This document shows, piece by piece, positions 9,601-21,315 of a DNA stretch of 64,000 bases; the first letter of the stretch is position 1; the number at the start of each line of letters is the position of its first letter. The position numbers were made by a program, and so were the translations under genes. This stretch comes from Candidatus Poribacteria bacterium (GTDB lineage Bacteria; Poribacteria; WGA-4E; WGA-3G). The notes under the pieces were generated by a model. The model was not told where the DNA came from. It saw nothing but the letters and a program-made list of their open reading frames with translations, and searched no databases. The stretch is taken from the NCBI GenBank assembly GCA_963663765.2, contig CAXXUA010000006.1, positions 457,610 through 521,609 of the forward strand, in the 5' to 3' direction.

Positions 9601-12305
9601 AAGAAGAGGTTGAGCCCGATACCAACATAGGTACTCCAATCGCTGCAACAGATGAGGATGGTGATACACTTACCTATTACATGACGGGTGATGATGCCGA
9701 TGCGTTCAGTATTGATGAGGAAATAGGACAGTTGAAAACAAAGGAGTCATTGGATTACGAGACGAAAAAGAGTTACGCTTTTTCTGTGTGGGTTACAGAT
9801 GCAGACAATACAGAGGTGATTATTGTGACAGTGAAGGTTACGGATGTAGATGAGAACCGCGCACCTGTGTTTACAGATGGTGAGAGTATCACCCGATCCA
9901 TCATAGAAAACTCGCCTCCGGATACCAATATAGGTAATCCAATTTCTGCAACTGATATCAATGGAGATACGCTTACCTACACACTGAATGGTACAGACTC
10001 AGAATCCTTTACTATTGATAGTGCGACAGGCCAATTGAAAACAAAGAAAATACTGGATTTCGAGAGACAATCTTCTTATACGTTTACCATCACTGTGAGC
10101 GATGGTAATGGGAAGACCGACTCTATCCGGGTCACGATCAACATTACGAATGACACAACGGATAATTCATACCCTACATTCACTGACGGTGATAGTACAT
10201 TGCGCTCCGTTCAAGAAAACTTATCTGTTGGTACAAATATCGGTGCAGCAGTCACCGCGACCGATGTAGATAGTCAGGATACTCTTATTTACAGCATCAG
10301 TGGTACAAATGCAGCATTCTTTACTATTGATAGCAGCACAGGACAAATCAAAACTGCAAGACGTTTTGACTATGAGACGCAGGCATCCTATTCTGTAACT
10401 GTTCATGTTAACGATGGCGTAGGTGGTAGCGATAGAATTAGCGTCACTATCAATGTTACAGATGAAGATCCCGAAGCAGAAAGATCAACAACCTTTAACA
10501 CGCCACCTGACTTCGGTATCGAGGACTTTAGAGGACGTTCTTTTAGAGGACGTTCTATAGATGAAAACAAATCAGCAGGTACAAATATTGGTATACCTGT
10601 TACTGCAACGGATGAGGAGAGCGATACACTTACTTATACGCTGAGTGGGGCAGATGCTGGAACATTTACAATTGTCAGCAGCACTGGACAAATCAAAACA
10701 ACTATCATCCATAACTTTGAAGTGAGGTCTGAATACAGAGTAGATGTCAACGTCTCAGATGGGAACGGTGGTACAGATTCCATTGAAGTACGCATAAATG
10801 TAAATGATCTAATTGAAAATCCATTACTCCTCAATCGTAAAAGTGAAGTAATTGACTCGTTCCTGTACGCATTGAATAAGGCAGAGGCTACTATTACGTC
10901 CGCGGATATCGCGGGTATTGCAGAAATAAACCTACACAGATCCGGTATCACAACGTTGAGCGCATCTGATTTGTCTGGACTCAACTCGATCACCGAGCTC
11001 AGTCTTAGTGGTAATAACATAAGTAGCTTACCTGCGGATGTTTTCAATAATGTCACCACGTTGACAAACCTATTTATGGATGGCAGCCAAATAACTTCAT
11101 TGCCATCGGGTATCTTTGATAAACTCACCGCACTGGAATATCTCTATCTATCCTCTAATAAATTAACTTCATTGCCATCGGGTATCTTTGATAAACTCAC
11201 CGCACTGAGAAGGTTAGAAATTTCTAACACGTTCTCATCGTTACCTACCGGGGTCTTTGACAAACTGACGAGTCTGAGATACTTACAAATGAGTGCAGTT
11301 AGTAATAGTTTGTTCACTGCAACTATCTTTGATAAACTCACGAGTCTTTACCGTCTTAGTATGATCGGTGGCGACATAACTACTTTGCCATCCGGGATCT
11401 TTGACAAACTTACATCCATGGTAGAATTGGAGATAATTCTTACCGATTTGAGCTCGTTACCAGAGGATATCTTTGACAAACTCACATCTTTGAGAAGACT
11501 ACAACTTTATAGAAACAATTTAACTTCGTTGCCAGCCGGTATATTTGGAAACCTTACTGCGTTAGAAATTCTGGAACTTGATAATAACGAGTTGAGTTCT
11601 ATACCAGATAATCTCTTTAAAGGGCTTACCCGACTGGAATTGGTTGATCTACGTAACAACACAGATAATCCGCTCCCGATACTTGTGATCCTTGAGAAGG
11701 TCGCAGATGGGCAGTTCAAAGTAAAAGTGCCTACCGGTGCCCCGATGAGTTTTTCCGTTGGGTTCAGCACCACGAATGGCAGTATTAGTGGTGGTACAAC
11801 GAGTGTCACTATAGATGTTGGTAGTGTGGAAAGCAGCACGTTCACCGTCACCCGGACCGATGGCACAACTGGTGCTGTTACTGTAGATATTAGTAGTTTA
11901 CCCAGTAAACCTTACAACGACTTTAATGATGGTTTCACTATCGTTAAAGAGGATAGTCTGCCGTTGACAGTAATTGGTGCTATCAGTAGTGCTCCATCAC
12001 AACAGATACCTAATGAAACCTCACTCTTGGCGAACTATCCCAACCCGTTCAATCCTGATACGTGGATTCCTTACCGCCTTGCAAAACCTGCCGATGTGTC
12101 ATTAACGATCTATGATGTGAGCGGTGTTGTTGTGCGAACGTTGAGGTTAGGACATAAACCTGCGGGTATCTATACGAGTAGGAGTCGTGCGATCCATTGG
12201 GATGGTCGGAATGCGGGTGGTGAGAAAGTTGCGGGGGGTGTGTATTTTTATCAGTTCAAGGCAGGCGAATATTCTGCCCTGCGGAAAATGTTGATTGTGA
12301 AGTAG
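3651..12305 (+). CDS. Giant cadherin-repeat/LRR surface protein, paralogue 2 (2884 aa)
   Basis: RBS taagggga, signal peptide, 3 short LRR modules, 17 cadherin-like repeats (LDYE-type motifs counted), a terminal LRR block (LPSGIFDKLT) at about 10830-11680 and the C-terminal FlgD-Ig/T9SS-like tag. Confidence 0.93.
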   Translation: MNRQCILSLIITLLLMIGLTAYSDITPVSDRTPEVRDAIVDAISGVDAAVDVTETHLAAITSLNLRNAGIPELKTGDLSGLSGLTSLNLYGNELNTLPDGIFEGLTALTTLRLGGNTVDRMPISVSLERVSDGQLKAVAPTGAPFAIVVPISATNGSIADNASSLSIAKGSTESSPVIITRSENTTVAVIANIGTLPSLPTNHYGYVLSKSSALPLEVASALETPLITEVLPPTETEDTPSENVTPVFTDGSITIRSIAENTESDTNIGRPISATDTQTLTYTLGGIDRTSFSINSDTGQLLTKASLDYETKRVYIVVVTSSDGVLTDTITVVISVIDISETTFVSTAALAVSDRTPAVRDAIVDAVSGVDSADDITAMHLASITSLNLRGAGITSLKTGDFSGLTALSSLNLYGNMLSRLPHGIFDGLTSLLSLRLGDNLFDPMPLTVSLQQVGTGQFRAVILTGAPFDVTLTIGNMMVTISKGSLTSENFTATGIPTISALPVLPATHFGYIIANSDVCSRTLQVSDAIVAALSDITDCRNVSDVHLAQITRLDLSGVFITSLAADDFAGLLSLTTLDLSDNQLINLPKRFFDGFLSLTALNLSGNTFDPLSINVMLEKVGTNQVKVVVPSGAPFEMTLPINVVNGGILGGTNTITLMQGSMESQPLTIIRAPNTFDFVTADISTMPNLPTNHAGYVFTNSNDTPLQIFEQINVAPVFTDDTTATRSIAENTEAGTDIGTPISATDVNNDTLTYSLGGSDVTCFDIDSTTGQLKTKEALDYETKTSYSVVITVSDGSLTDTIDVTINITDVDEAPPKEDEVVVIPNDDEVVVLPDDYDEVVVEDTPPQNNAPMFTDGNSTTRSIAENTTSGANIGNSVSATDADRDTLTYTLDGTDASAFTINRTNGQLQTSAALDFEAKNSYSVTITVSDGKDGTDSISVTINITNVNEDIPNNDPVFTDGSNAIRSIAENTGSGVDIDTPVSATDADDGNTLSYSLGGTDAAAFSIDSTSGQLRTSAALDYETKNTYSITISVSDGNGGSDTISVTINITNVDETPTNSAPEFAEGVSTSRSVAENTGSGVDIGSAVSATDVDGDTLTYTLGGTDASSFSLDSSSGQLRTSASLDYETKTSYSVVLTVSDENGGSDSLRVTINITNIDEAPANNSPVFTSDSTTRTIAENTVVDTNIGAAITATDADDDTLTYGLTGTDAASFSIVSRTGQLKTKAVLNHEVKDSYSLIVTVSDGQGGSDSISITINVLDVNESPSFSGESTTRSIAENTTLNTNIGAAVIATDPDDGTTLTYTLGGTDAAVFSIDSKTGQLKTKGDLDFETKKTYSVTIAVSDGNLSDMITVTINVTDLDETPSNNPPVFTDGETTTRSVAENTATGTDIGNPIAVTDADQNTLAYAMSGDDASTFSINLNTGQLKTSAVLNYEVKKVYEVSVTVNDGSGTDSIVVTINVTDVNEAPVFEDDSVTHTIAENTAANTNIGSAITITDPDGDNLTYTLGGTDAASFNIGSTNGQLRTKDALDYETKRTYSVTVTASDGKLSDSITVTINVTDVDENNAPAFASASTTRSVAENTGSGVNIGNAVSASDPDNDDLTYTLGGTDAASFNIGSTNGQLRTKDALDYETKRTYSVTVTASDGKLSDSITVTINVTDVDENNAPAFASASTTRSVAENTGSGVNIGSVITATDPDNDDLTYTLGGTDAASFNIGSINGQLRTKDALDYETKRTYSVTVTASDGKLSDSITVTINVNDVDENRSPAFASASTTRSVAENTGSGVNIGNAVSATDPDNDDLTYTLGGTDAASFNIGSTNGQLRTKDALDYETKRTYSVTVTASDGKLSDSITVTINVTDVDENNAPAFASASTTRSVAENTATNTDIGHVVSATDEDDDTLTYTLGGTNASSFNIVSSSGQLKTKAALNYENKNSYSVTVSVSDGGGGTDSINVSINISDVNDPPKFTDGNSTSRSVEEEVEPDTNIGTPIAATDEDGDTLTYYMTGDDADAFSIDEEIGQLKTKESLDYETKKSYAFSVWVTDADNTEVIIVTVKVTDVDENRAPVFTDGESITRSIIENSPPDTNIGNPISATDINGDTLTYTLNGTDSESFTIDSATGQLKTKKILDFERQSSYTFTITVSDGNGKTDSIRVTINITNDTTDNSYPTFTDGDSTLRSVQENLSVGTNIGAAVTATDVDSQDTLIYSISGTNAAFFTIDSSTGQIKTARRFDYETQASYSVTVHVNDGVGGSDRISVTINVTDEDPEAERSTTFNTPPDFGIEDFRGRSFRGRSIDENKSAGTNIGIPVTATDEESDTLTYTLSGADAGTFTIVSSTGQIKTTIIHNFEVRSEYRVDVNVSDGNGGTDSIEVRINVNDLIENPLLLNRKSEVIDSFLYALNKAEATITSADIAGIAEINLHRSGITTLSASDLSGLNSITELSLSGNNISSLPADVFNNVTTLTNLFMDGSQITSLPSGIFDKLTALEYLYLSSNKLTSLPSGIFDKLTALRRLEISNTFSSLPTGVFDKLTSLRYLQMSAVSNSLFTATIFDKLTSLYRLSMIGGDITTLPSGIFDKLTSMVELEIILTDLSSLPEDIFDKLTSLRRLQLYRNNLTSLPAGIFGNLTALEILELDNNELSSIPDNLFKGLTRLELVDLRNNTDNPLPILVILEKVADGQFKVKVPTGAPMSFSVGFSTTNGSISGGTTSVTIDVGSVESSTFTVTRTDGTTGAVTVDISSLPSKPYNDFNDGFTIVKEDSLPLTVIGAISSAPSQQIPNETSLLANYPNPFNPDTWIPYRLAKPADVSLTIYDVSGVVVRTLRLGHKPAGIYTSRSRAIHWDGRNAGGEKVAGGVYFYQFKAGEYSALRKMLIVK
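8150..9390 (+). repeat. 300-bp intragenic tandem repeat (about 4 near-identical cadherin units)
   Basis: acatatac recurs at 8172, 8472, 8772, 9072 and 9372; LRTKDALDYETKRTYSVTVTASDGKLSDS occurs 4 times. Confidence 0.92.
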
Positions 12306-15300
12306 TGTGATACCCCACCAACTAATAAAATAAGGAGAAGTTTTGTGAAAACAAGTTCTATAAATCGTAAATGTGTCCAATTTATTGCTATAGTGATTTT
12401 GTTAATGGTTGCAGTAGCATCTTATGGAGACATCACACCCGTATCAGACCGCACACCTGAAGTGCGTGACGCAATCGTGGCAGCAATATCAGATGTAGAC
12501 AACGCAGCAGACGTAACCGAAGCACATCTCGCTACAATAATAGGTCTCAATCTCAGGAATAAAGGTATAACTGAACTAAAATCCGGTGACTTTTCGGGAC
12601 TTACCAGCCTAACAAACCTAAATCTTTTCAATAACCGACTCAGTAGTCTACCCGATAACATCTTTAATGGACTGGCTGCCTTGACAACTCTCCGCTTAGG
12701 GAGCAACACCGTTGATCCGATGCCGATAACAGTATCCCTGGAGAAAGTCGGAACAGATCAGTTCAAAGCAGTTGCCCCCACAGGCGCGCCGTTTGCGGTT
12801 GTAGTGCCAATTTCGGCAACCAACGGCAGTATTGCAGATAGTGCGACATCCCTTACAATTGCTAAGGGTAGCACAGAAAGCAGTGCCATTACGATAACAC
12901 GCACCGCTAACTCAACCGAAGCCGTAACAGCAGACATCGGAACACTGCCCAGTTTGCCAATACATCATTACGGCTATGTGTTTAGTAAATCTGCTAATCT
13001 GCCACTGGAAGTTATATCGGGGTTAGAAACCCCTCCAACAACAGAGGTAACGCCTCCCGAAATAGAGGTACCGCCTCCCACAACGGAGCCAGAGGAAACA
13101 CCATCTGCAAACGCTGCTCCAACCTTTACAGATGGCAGTTCAGTAGTCCGCACCATCGCAGAAAACACGGCAGCAAACTCGATTATCGGCACCCCTGTTT
13201 CTGCGACAGATGCTGACAACGACACATTGACATACACACTCGGTGGTATAGACGCAGCATCATTTGCTATTGACAGTACGACAGGACAACTCAAGACAAA
13301 AGCAGCATTAGACTATGAAATGAGACGTGTTTATGTTGTGTCTGTCTCTGTCTCCGATGACGCACAAACAGCCACAATTTCAGTTATTATTAGCGTTATT
13401 GATATAGCAGATACTCCGCTCGTTTCAACGATGCTACCTGTGAGTGAACGCACAGAACAAGTGAAGAATGCAATTGTAGCAGCCGTGTCCGGTGTGGATT
13501 CTGCAGATGCTATAACCGCAACACATCTATCCACAATCACAAGTCTCAATCTACTCCGTGCAGGTATAACCGCACTCAAAACAGGCGATTTTGCGGGACT
13601 CACCGCCCTCACAAGTCTCAATCTTTACGGCAATATGCTCAACGGTTTGCCGGTGCGTATATTTGAAGAATTAACCGCGCTCACAAGTCTACGATTAGGC
13701 GGCAATGTGCTTGATCCGATGCCTTTGATAGTGTCGGTGCAGCAGGTTAGTGCAGGACAATTCAGAGCAGTGGTACCGACAGGTGCCCCTTTTGATGTCA
13801 ATCTACTTGTCAACGGCAGCACCATCACAATACCGAAGGGGAGCATAGCAAGTGCAGCCTTTACATCAGTATCCGCAAACGTGAGTATCGGTGAATTGCC
13901 GTCACTACCCCCGAATCATTTTGGATATGTCCTCGCTAAATCTTCCATTTGTAGCCGCACACAACAAGTGTCAGATGCGATCACCGCAGCAGTCCCGAAC
14001 ATAACCGATTGTCGGAATGTGAGCGATGTTCAGCTCGCTGCTATCACAAGTCTTGACCTCAGTGGTATGTCAATAGCATCACTGGATGCGCGCGACTTCG
14101 CAGGGATGTTGAGCCTCACAACGCTCAATTTGAGTAACAACCAGCTGACAAGTCTACCCGATGGTATTATTGCGGGATTGACAAATTTGGAAGCCCTCAA
14201 CTTAAGTGGCAATACCGCATCACCTATTCGCTTTTCTGTTTCTCTACAGAAGGTCGGTAGCAATATGGTCAAAGCGTTTGTGCCGACAGGTGCACCTTTT
14301 GATATGCGTTTGCCTATCATAGTCGTGAACGGCAGTACGAGCGGTAGCAGTGAGCTAATTGTGCAAAAGGGTATGACAGAAAGCGAAGCACTTCTCGTAA
14401 CACGCGCAAGCAACACAGGTACAGTTACAGCCGATATTGGCACACTGCCGAACCTACCATCGTTGAACTCAGGGTATGCCCTCACCAAAACTAACACACA
14501 ACCGCTTGAGATCTTTAGTGAAATAAACGTTGCGCCTGTATTCACAGAAGGCACGGCAGCGAACCGCAGCATTGCAGAGAACACCGATGCTGGCACAAAT
14601 ATAGGTAATCCCGTTACAGCAACAGATGCAAACAATGATACACTCACCTATACCCTGGGGGGTACTGATGCAATTGGGTTTGATATTGATAGCACATCAG
14701 GACAACTCAAAACGAAGTCCATGTTGGACTATGTAACGAAGACATCTTACTCGGTAACTATCACTGTCACTGATGGCAGTTTGACCGATACAATCGCAGC
14801 CACCATCACAGTTACAGATGTGGACGAGGCACCGCCGAAAGAGGATGAGGATGAGGTCGTTGTTATACCTGATGACGAGGATGATGAGGTCGTTGTTATA
14901 CCCGATGACGAGGATGAGGTCATTGTTACACCCCCACAAAATAGCGCACCGACCTTCATAGATGGGAACAGCACAACCCGTTCCGTAGCAGAAAATACCG
15001 AAAGCGGTCAAAATATCGGCAGTCCGGTTTCCGCGACAGATGCAGATGAAGATACACTCACCTACACACTGAGCGGAACGGACGCCGTCGCGTTTAGCAT
15101 TGATAGCGGTTCAGGGCAGCTGCAAACCAGTGCAGCAATTGACTATGAAACAAAAACCTTTTTTTCAGTTACTATTACTGTGTCTGATGGTAGTCTTTCA
15201 GATAGCATCAGCGTTACTATCAATGTCACCAATATTGACGAAACAACACCGAACAATGCGCCTGTCTTTAACGATGGAAATAGCACAACCCGATCAGTCG

Positions 15301-17999
15301 CAGAGAACACAGCAGCAAATACAAACATCGGTTCTGCAGTGTCTGCGACCGATGCAGATGAAGATACGTTAACCTACAGTCTTGATGGCACCGATGCGAG
15401 TGTGTTTAGTATTGATAGCAGTTCAGGCCTATTAATAACCAATGCTGCACTTGATTATGAAACAAAAGATTCCTATTCTCTCACCATCACAGTCTCAGAT
15501 GATAATGGCGGTACCGATTCTATTTCCGTCACGATCAATATTACCGATGTAAATGAAGACATTCCAAACAATGAACCTGTATTTACCGAGGGTGGTAGTG
15601 CCATCCGTTCTATTGCAGAGAATACAGGTTCTGGTGTGGATATCGGCACTCCAGTTTCCGCGACGGATGCAGATGGCGATACGCTTACCTATTCTCTTGA
15701 AGCGGGGGATACATCTGCATTCAGCATAGATAGTTCCTCTGGTCAATTGCGAACCGATGCATCCTTAGATTATGAGACGAAGGACACCTATTCCGTCACG
15801 GTCTCTGTTTCCGATGCTAATGGTGGCAGTGATTCTATATCGGTCACGATAAACATTACGAATGTAGACGAAACCCCCACAAACAACGCACCTGAGTTCA
15901 CTGAGGGCGATAGCACGAGTCGTTCTGTTGATGAAAACACAAGAACCGGTGTAGACATCGGTTCTGCAGTATCATCTACAGATGCAGATGACGATACCCT
16001 CACTTACACACTCGGTGGCACAGATGCCGCCTCCTTTAGTATTAATAGTAGTTCCGGGCAATTGCGAACCAGTGCATCCTTAGACTATGAGATAAAAACT
16101 TCCTATTCTGTGATCATGACGGTGTCTGATGAAAATGGGGGAAGTGATAGTATCAGCATACTTATCAATGTTATAGATGTAGATGAAACGCCTGTTAACA
16201 ATCCACCAGTATTTGCTTCAGACAGTATTACACGTTCGGTTAATGAAAACAGTGAGACAGCCACAAATATCGGTAGTCTTATAACAGCAACCGATGCGGA
16301 TAACGATACGTTGACTTATGGACTGATAGGAACGGACGCTGCGTCGTTTGATATTGACAGTAACACGGGTCAGCTCAAAACGAAGGCATCCCTTAACCAC
16401 GAAACAAAGGGTTCCTATTCAGTCATCGTTACCGTGTCTGATGGGAAAGGTGGGAGTGACAGCATAAGTGTCACCATCAACGTCACTGATCTGAATGAAG
16501 CACCTATGTTTGCTGCGGGTAGCACTACACGTGTCATCGCTGAAAACACAGCACCGAATACAAACATCGGGGCAGCTGTTGTCGCAACCGATCCAGATGA
16601 TGGCGCGACCCTTACATACACACTCGGTGGCACGAACGGCGCATCGTTTAGTATTGATAGCAAAACCGGACAGTTGAAAACGCAGGACGAGTTGGACTTT
16701 GAAACCAAAAACACTTATTCGGTGACGATTGCTGTCTCCGATGGAAGTCTTACGGATACTATTAGCGTAACGATTAACCTCACAAATCTTGATGAAACAC
16801 CTTCTAACAATCCACCCGTGTTCACGGATGGTGAAACCACAACACGTTCCGTTGCAGAAAACACAGCAACAGGCACAAACATCGGTAAACCTATTGCTGC
16901 GACCGATGCTGACCAAAACACACTCGCTTATGCGTTGAGTGGAGACGATGCGGCTGCGTTTAGTATTGACCTCAACACAGGGCAACTGAAAACCAACACA
17001 GCACTGAATTATGAGGTGAAAAATGTCTATAAGGTGACTGTTACTGTCAATGACGGTGGCGACAGAGACACCATCACGTTGACTATCAACGTCACAGATG
17101 TCAACGAAGCACCTGCTTTTGCTGATGATAGCAAAACGTATACTGTTGCAGAAAACACCGTGGCGAATACGAACCTCGGCAGTCCCATCACGGCAACCGA
17201 CCCAGATGGTGATGACCTGACATACACGGTCGGTGGTGATGATGCGGTGTCATTTGATATTGATGAAAACACGGGACAACTCAAAACAAAGGCAGCGTTG
17301 GATTATGAGACGAAATCATCATACGCTGTAAATATAATCGCTACCGACGGCAATCTTGAAGATAGTATTTCAGTTACCATAAAGGTTACCGATATTGACG
17401 AGAACCGTGCACCCGCGTTCACAGATGGCGATGAGACGGTGCGGTCTGTCGCCGAAAATACGGGGTCGGGTGTGAATATAGGCGATGCTGTCTCTGCTAC
17501 GGATCCAGATGATGAGGATTTGACATATACGGTTGGTGGTACAGATGCTGCCTCGTTCAACATCAATAGCACAAATGGGCAGCTCCGCACAAAAGACGCG
17601 CTGGACTATGAAACCAAAAGATCGTATTCAGTAACAATCACTGTTTCCGATGGCAAGAAAACCGATTCTATTGCTGTCACGATTAATATCACCAATGTAG
17701 ACGAAAACCGCGCACCCGCATTCGCAAGTGCAAGCACAACGCGGTCTATCGCTGAAACTACGGGGTCGGGCGTGAATATAGGCGATGCTGTCTCTGCTAC
17801 GGATCCAGATGATGACGCTTTGACATACACACTCGATGGCACAGATGCAAGTTCGTTCAACATCAATAGCACAAATGGGCAGCTCCGCACAAAAGATGCG
17901 TTAGACTTTGAAGACAAACCTTCTTATACCGTCACCATCACTGCATCTGATGGAAAACTAACAGATAGTATCACGGTGTCAATCAAAGTTACGGATGTA

Positions 18000-19140
18000 G
18001 ATGAGAACCGCGCACCTGCGTTTGCCAGTGCAAGCACGACCCGGTCTGTTCCAGAAAACACTGCTGCGAATACGAATATCGGTGATGCTGTCTCTGCGAC
18101 TGACCCAGATGATGACGCTTTGACATATACGCTTGGTGGCACAGACGCTGCATCATTTGACATTGTAAGCACAAGTGGACAACTCAAAACAAAATCTGCG
18201 TTGGATTATGAGACAAATGCCTCTTATACAGTGACCATCTCTGTTTCCGATGGCAAAGAGAGCGACTCAATCAGCGTCACTATCAATATCACCAATGTAG
18301 ATGAGAACCGCGCACCTGTATTCACAGATGGTGATAGCACAACCCGGTCTATCGCAGAAAACACTGCTGCGAATACGAATATCGGTGATGCTGCCTCTGC
18401 GACTGACCCAGATGATGACAATTTGACATATACGCTTGGTGGCACGGACGCTGCATCATTTGACATTGGTAGCACAAGTGGACAACTCAAAACAAAATCT
18501 GCGTTGGATTATGAGACAAATGCCTCTTATACCGTCACCATTACTGCTTCTGATGGAAATCTATCAGATAGTATCACGGTGACAATCAACGTTACGAATG
18601 TAGATGAGAACCGCGCACCTGTATTCACAGATGGCAACAGCACGACCCGGTCTATCGCAGAAAACACTGCTGCGAATACGAATATCGGTGATGCTGTCTC
18701 TGCGACTGACCCAGATGATGACACCTTGACATATACGCTTGAGGGCACGGATGCTGCATCATTTGACATTGTAAGCACAAGTGGACAACTCAAAACAAAA
18801 TCTGCGTTGGATTATGAGACAAATGCCTCTTATACCGTCACCATTACTGCTTCTGATGGAAATCTATCAGATAGTATCACGGTGACAATCAACGTTACGA
18901 ATGTAGATGAGAACCGCGCACCTGTATTCACAGATGGCAACAGCACGACCCGGTCTGTCGCAGAAAATACGGATGCTGGTACAAACATCGGCACGCCAGT
19001 AGCTGCTACGGATGCAGAAAATGACGATTTGACATACACACTCGGTGGCACAAATGCTGCATCATTTGACATTGTAAGCACAAGTGGACAACTCAAAACA
19101 AAATCTGCGTTGGATTATGAGACAAATGCCTCTTATACGG
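18000..19140 (+). repeat. About 303-bp intragenic tandem repeat of cadherin units
   Basis: tgagaaccgcgcacctg at 18002, 18302, 18605 and 18908; KSALDYETNASY occurs 4 times. Confidence 0.88.
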
Positions 19141-20000
19141 TAACCGTTTCAGTATCCGATAGCAAGAGTGGTACAGATAGCATCACCGTCACAATCAACA
19201 TAACGGATGACACGACAGAGAATAACGCACCCGTGTTCACCGATGGCACCAGCGCGACGCGTTCCATCGCAGAAAATACGGACGCTGGCACAAACATCGG
19301 CGCGCCAGTAGCTGCTACAGATGCAGATGACGATACCCTAACCTACAGTATCGGTGGCACGGATGCAGCAGCATTCTCACTGGCAAGCACCACTGGGCAG
19401 CTGAAAACCGTCGCACCACTCGATTATGAAAATAAGGACTCTTATTCTGTTACAATCACCGTCACCGATGGCAGAGATGGTTATGATTCTATTGGCGTCA
19501 CGATCAATATCAGCAACATTCACCCTGAAATTTCTGAACAAGGTGCTGTGAACAATGCACCTATGTTTGACGATGGTGAAAGCACTACGCGGTCGGTTGA
19601 AGAGGGCACTGCTACCGGTACAAATATCGGGGATGCCATTTCCGCAACAGATGCAGATACTTCAGATACACTCACATACACACTCAGCGGCACGGACGCA
19701 GCATCGTTCACCATTGTTAGCACAACCGGACAACTCCGCACAAGTGCAGCACTGGATTATGACACGAATAATTCGTATTCGGTGACGGTCACCGTCTATG
19801 ATGGTGAGGGTGGCACAGATACGATCTCTGTCACGATCAATGTTACCGAAATAGGTGCAAACAACGCGCCAGTGTTTACCGATGGCGAAACAACTACACG
19901 GTCAGTTAATGAGGGGCAGAACAGAAAAACCGTAGTTGGTAGTCAAATTGCTGCAACTGATGCGGACGATGATACGCTCACCTATACAATCGTTATTGAA

Positions 20001-21315
20001 CAGGGTTATTTAGTTTTAGGAGTTTTGGTTGTTTTTTATCACAATCGTTAATATTTTTGGATATGCAGATATAGCGTGATTTATCGTGCTATATCTGCTA
20101 TACTTCACCTAAAAAATCTTACCTTTGAGGTGAAAAATGCCAGAGAAAAACTCTCGACACTTGTTAGATAGATTAGCAGAAATCCAAGACCCGCGCAACA
20201 ATAAAGGAAAACGACACCCATTGAAATCAATCATCGGACTTAACATTATTGGTTTTATGACTGGACATAAAGGATATACATCCATCGCAACTTGGGCCCG
20301 AACCCAACCAGACCTCGCAAGAACACTCGGTTTTACACACAAGAAAACACCTTGTCCCGCAACAATACATAATGTTCTAAAAGATTTAGATGCTGATGCT
20401 GTTGAAAAGACATTTACAGACTGGGTAGAAGACGTTTGTCAAAGTCGACCTGATTTAGAAGGTTGTCTTGACGCAGTCGCTATAGACGGTAAAACGATGC
20501 GTGCCAGTAAGAAAAGTGGTGCGACAATAAGCCATTTACTCTCTGTTGTGTCTCATGAGTTAGGCGTCACACTTACACAAAAAGGTGTCAGTGATAAAAC
20601 CAACGAAATACCGATCTCAACAGAGATCCTCAAAAACTTTGATGTGAGTGGTAAAGTCATCACAACAGACGCACTTTTGACACAGCGACCATTCTGCCAC
20701 GCCATCATAGAGGGTAATGGAGACTATGTGCTCCCTGTCAAAAAGAACCAACCGGACCTTTACGATGAGATCCAAAAACTCTTTCAAGACGTTCCAGACA
20801 CGCTTTCTGATAACACACCACATCCTAAATTGGGAGCCCCTATTTACACTCACGAGACTTCTGAAAAATCACATGGTAGAATAGAGACAAGGTGTTTGAA
20901 AGCAAGCACAAGTCTCAACGCATATCTGGATTGGCCAGGTATAGCACAAGTGTTCCAATATCGTTATACTTACAAAAATACGAAAACAGGAGAAGAAAAA
21001 ACCAAAATCCATTATGGTATTACAAGTCTGACACCCGAAGAAACTTCTGCCCAACGTTTACTTGAGCTACGCCGTGGGCATTGGTCAATAGAGAACAAGT
21101 CGCATTGGATGCGTGATACACAACTTGGAGAAGACGCATCGTCTGTCCGATGCGGTGCTATTCCACAAATCATGGCTGCTTTGCGAAATACAGCATTAGC
21201 AGTGTTGCGATTTGCTGGGATAACGCGTATAGCAGATGAGATAAAATACTTAGCTTCAAAACCTAAACTCGCAGTTAACTTGATAACTGAGAGTTTTTAA
21301 AACTAAATAACCCTG
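20001..21315 (+). mobile_element. ISAs1-family insertion sequence, complete (1315 bp)
   Basis: Perfect 18-bp terminal IRs CAGGGTTATTTAGTTTTA / TAAAACTAAATAACCCTG; 9-bp direct repeat GTTATTGAA at 19992-20000 and 21316-21324. Confidence 0.95.
20137..21300 (+). CDS. ISAs1-family DDE transposase
   Basis: Motifs DPR...KRHPL, AIDGKT.R, KTNEIP, ITTDALLTQ, DYVLPVKKNQ, HGRIETR and RGHWSIENK.HW.RD...ED. Confidence 0.96.
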   Translation: MPEKNSRHLLDRLAEIQDPRNNKGKRHPLKSIIGLNIIGFMTGHKGYTSIATWARTQPDLARTLGFTHKKTPCPATIHNVLKDLDADAVEKTFTDWVEDVCQSRPDLEGCLDAVAIDGKTMRASKKSGATISHLLSVVSHELGVTLTQKGVSDKTNEIPISTEILKNFDVSGKVITTDALLTQRPFCHAIIEGNGDYVLPVKKNQPDLYDEIQKLFQDVPDTLSDNTPHPKLGAPIYTHETSEKSHGRIETRCLKASTSLNAYLDWPGIAQVFQYRYTYKNTKTGEEKTKIHYGITSLTPEETSAQRLLELRRGHWSIENKSHWMRDTQLGEDASSVRCGAIPQIMAALRNTALAVLRFAGITRIADEIKYLASKPKLAVNLITESF

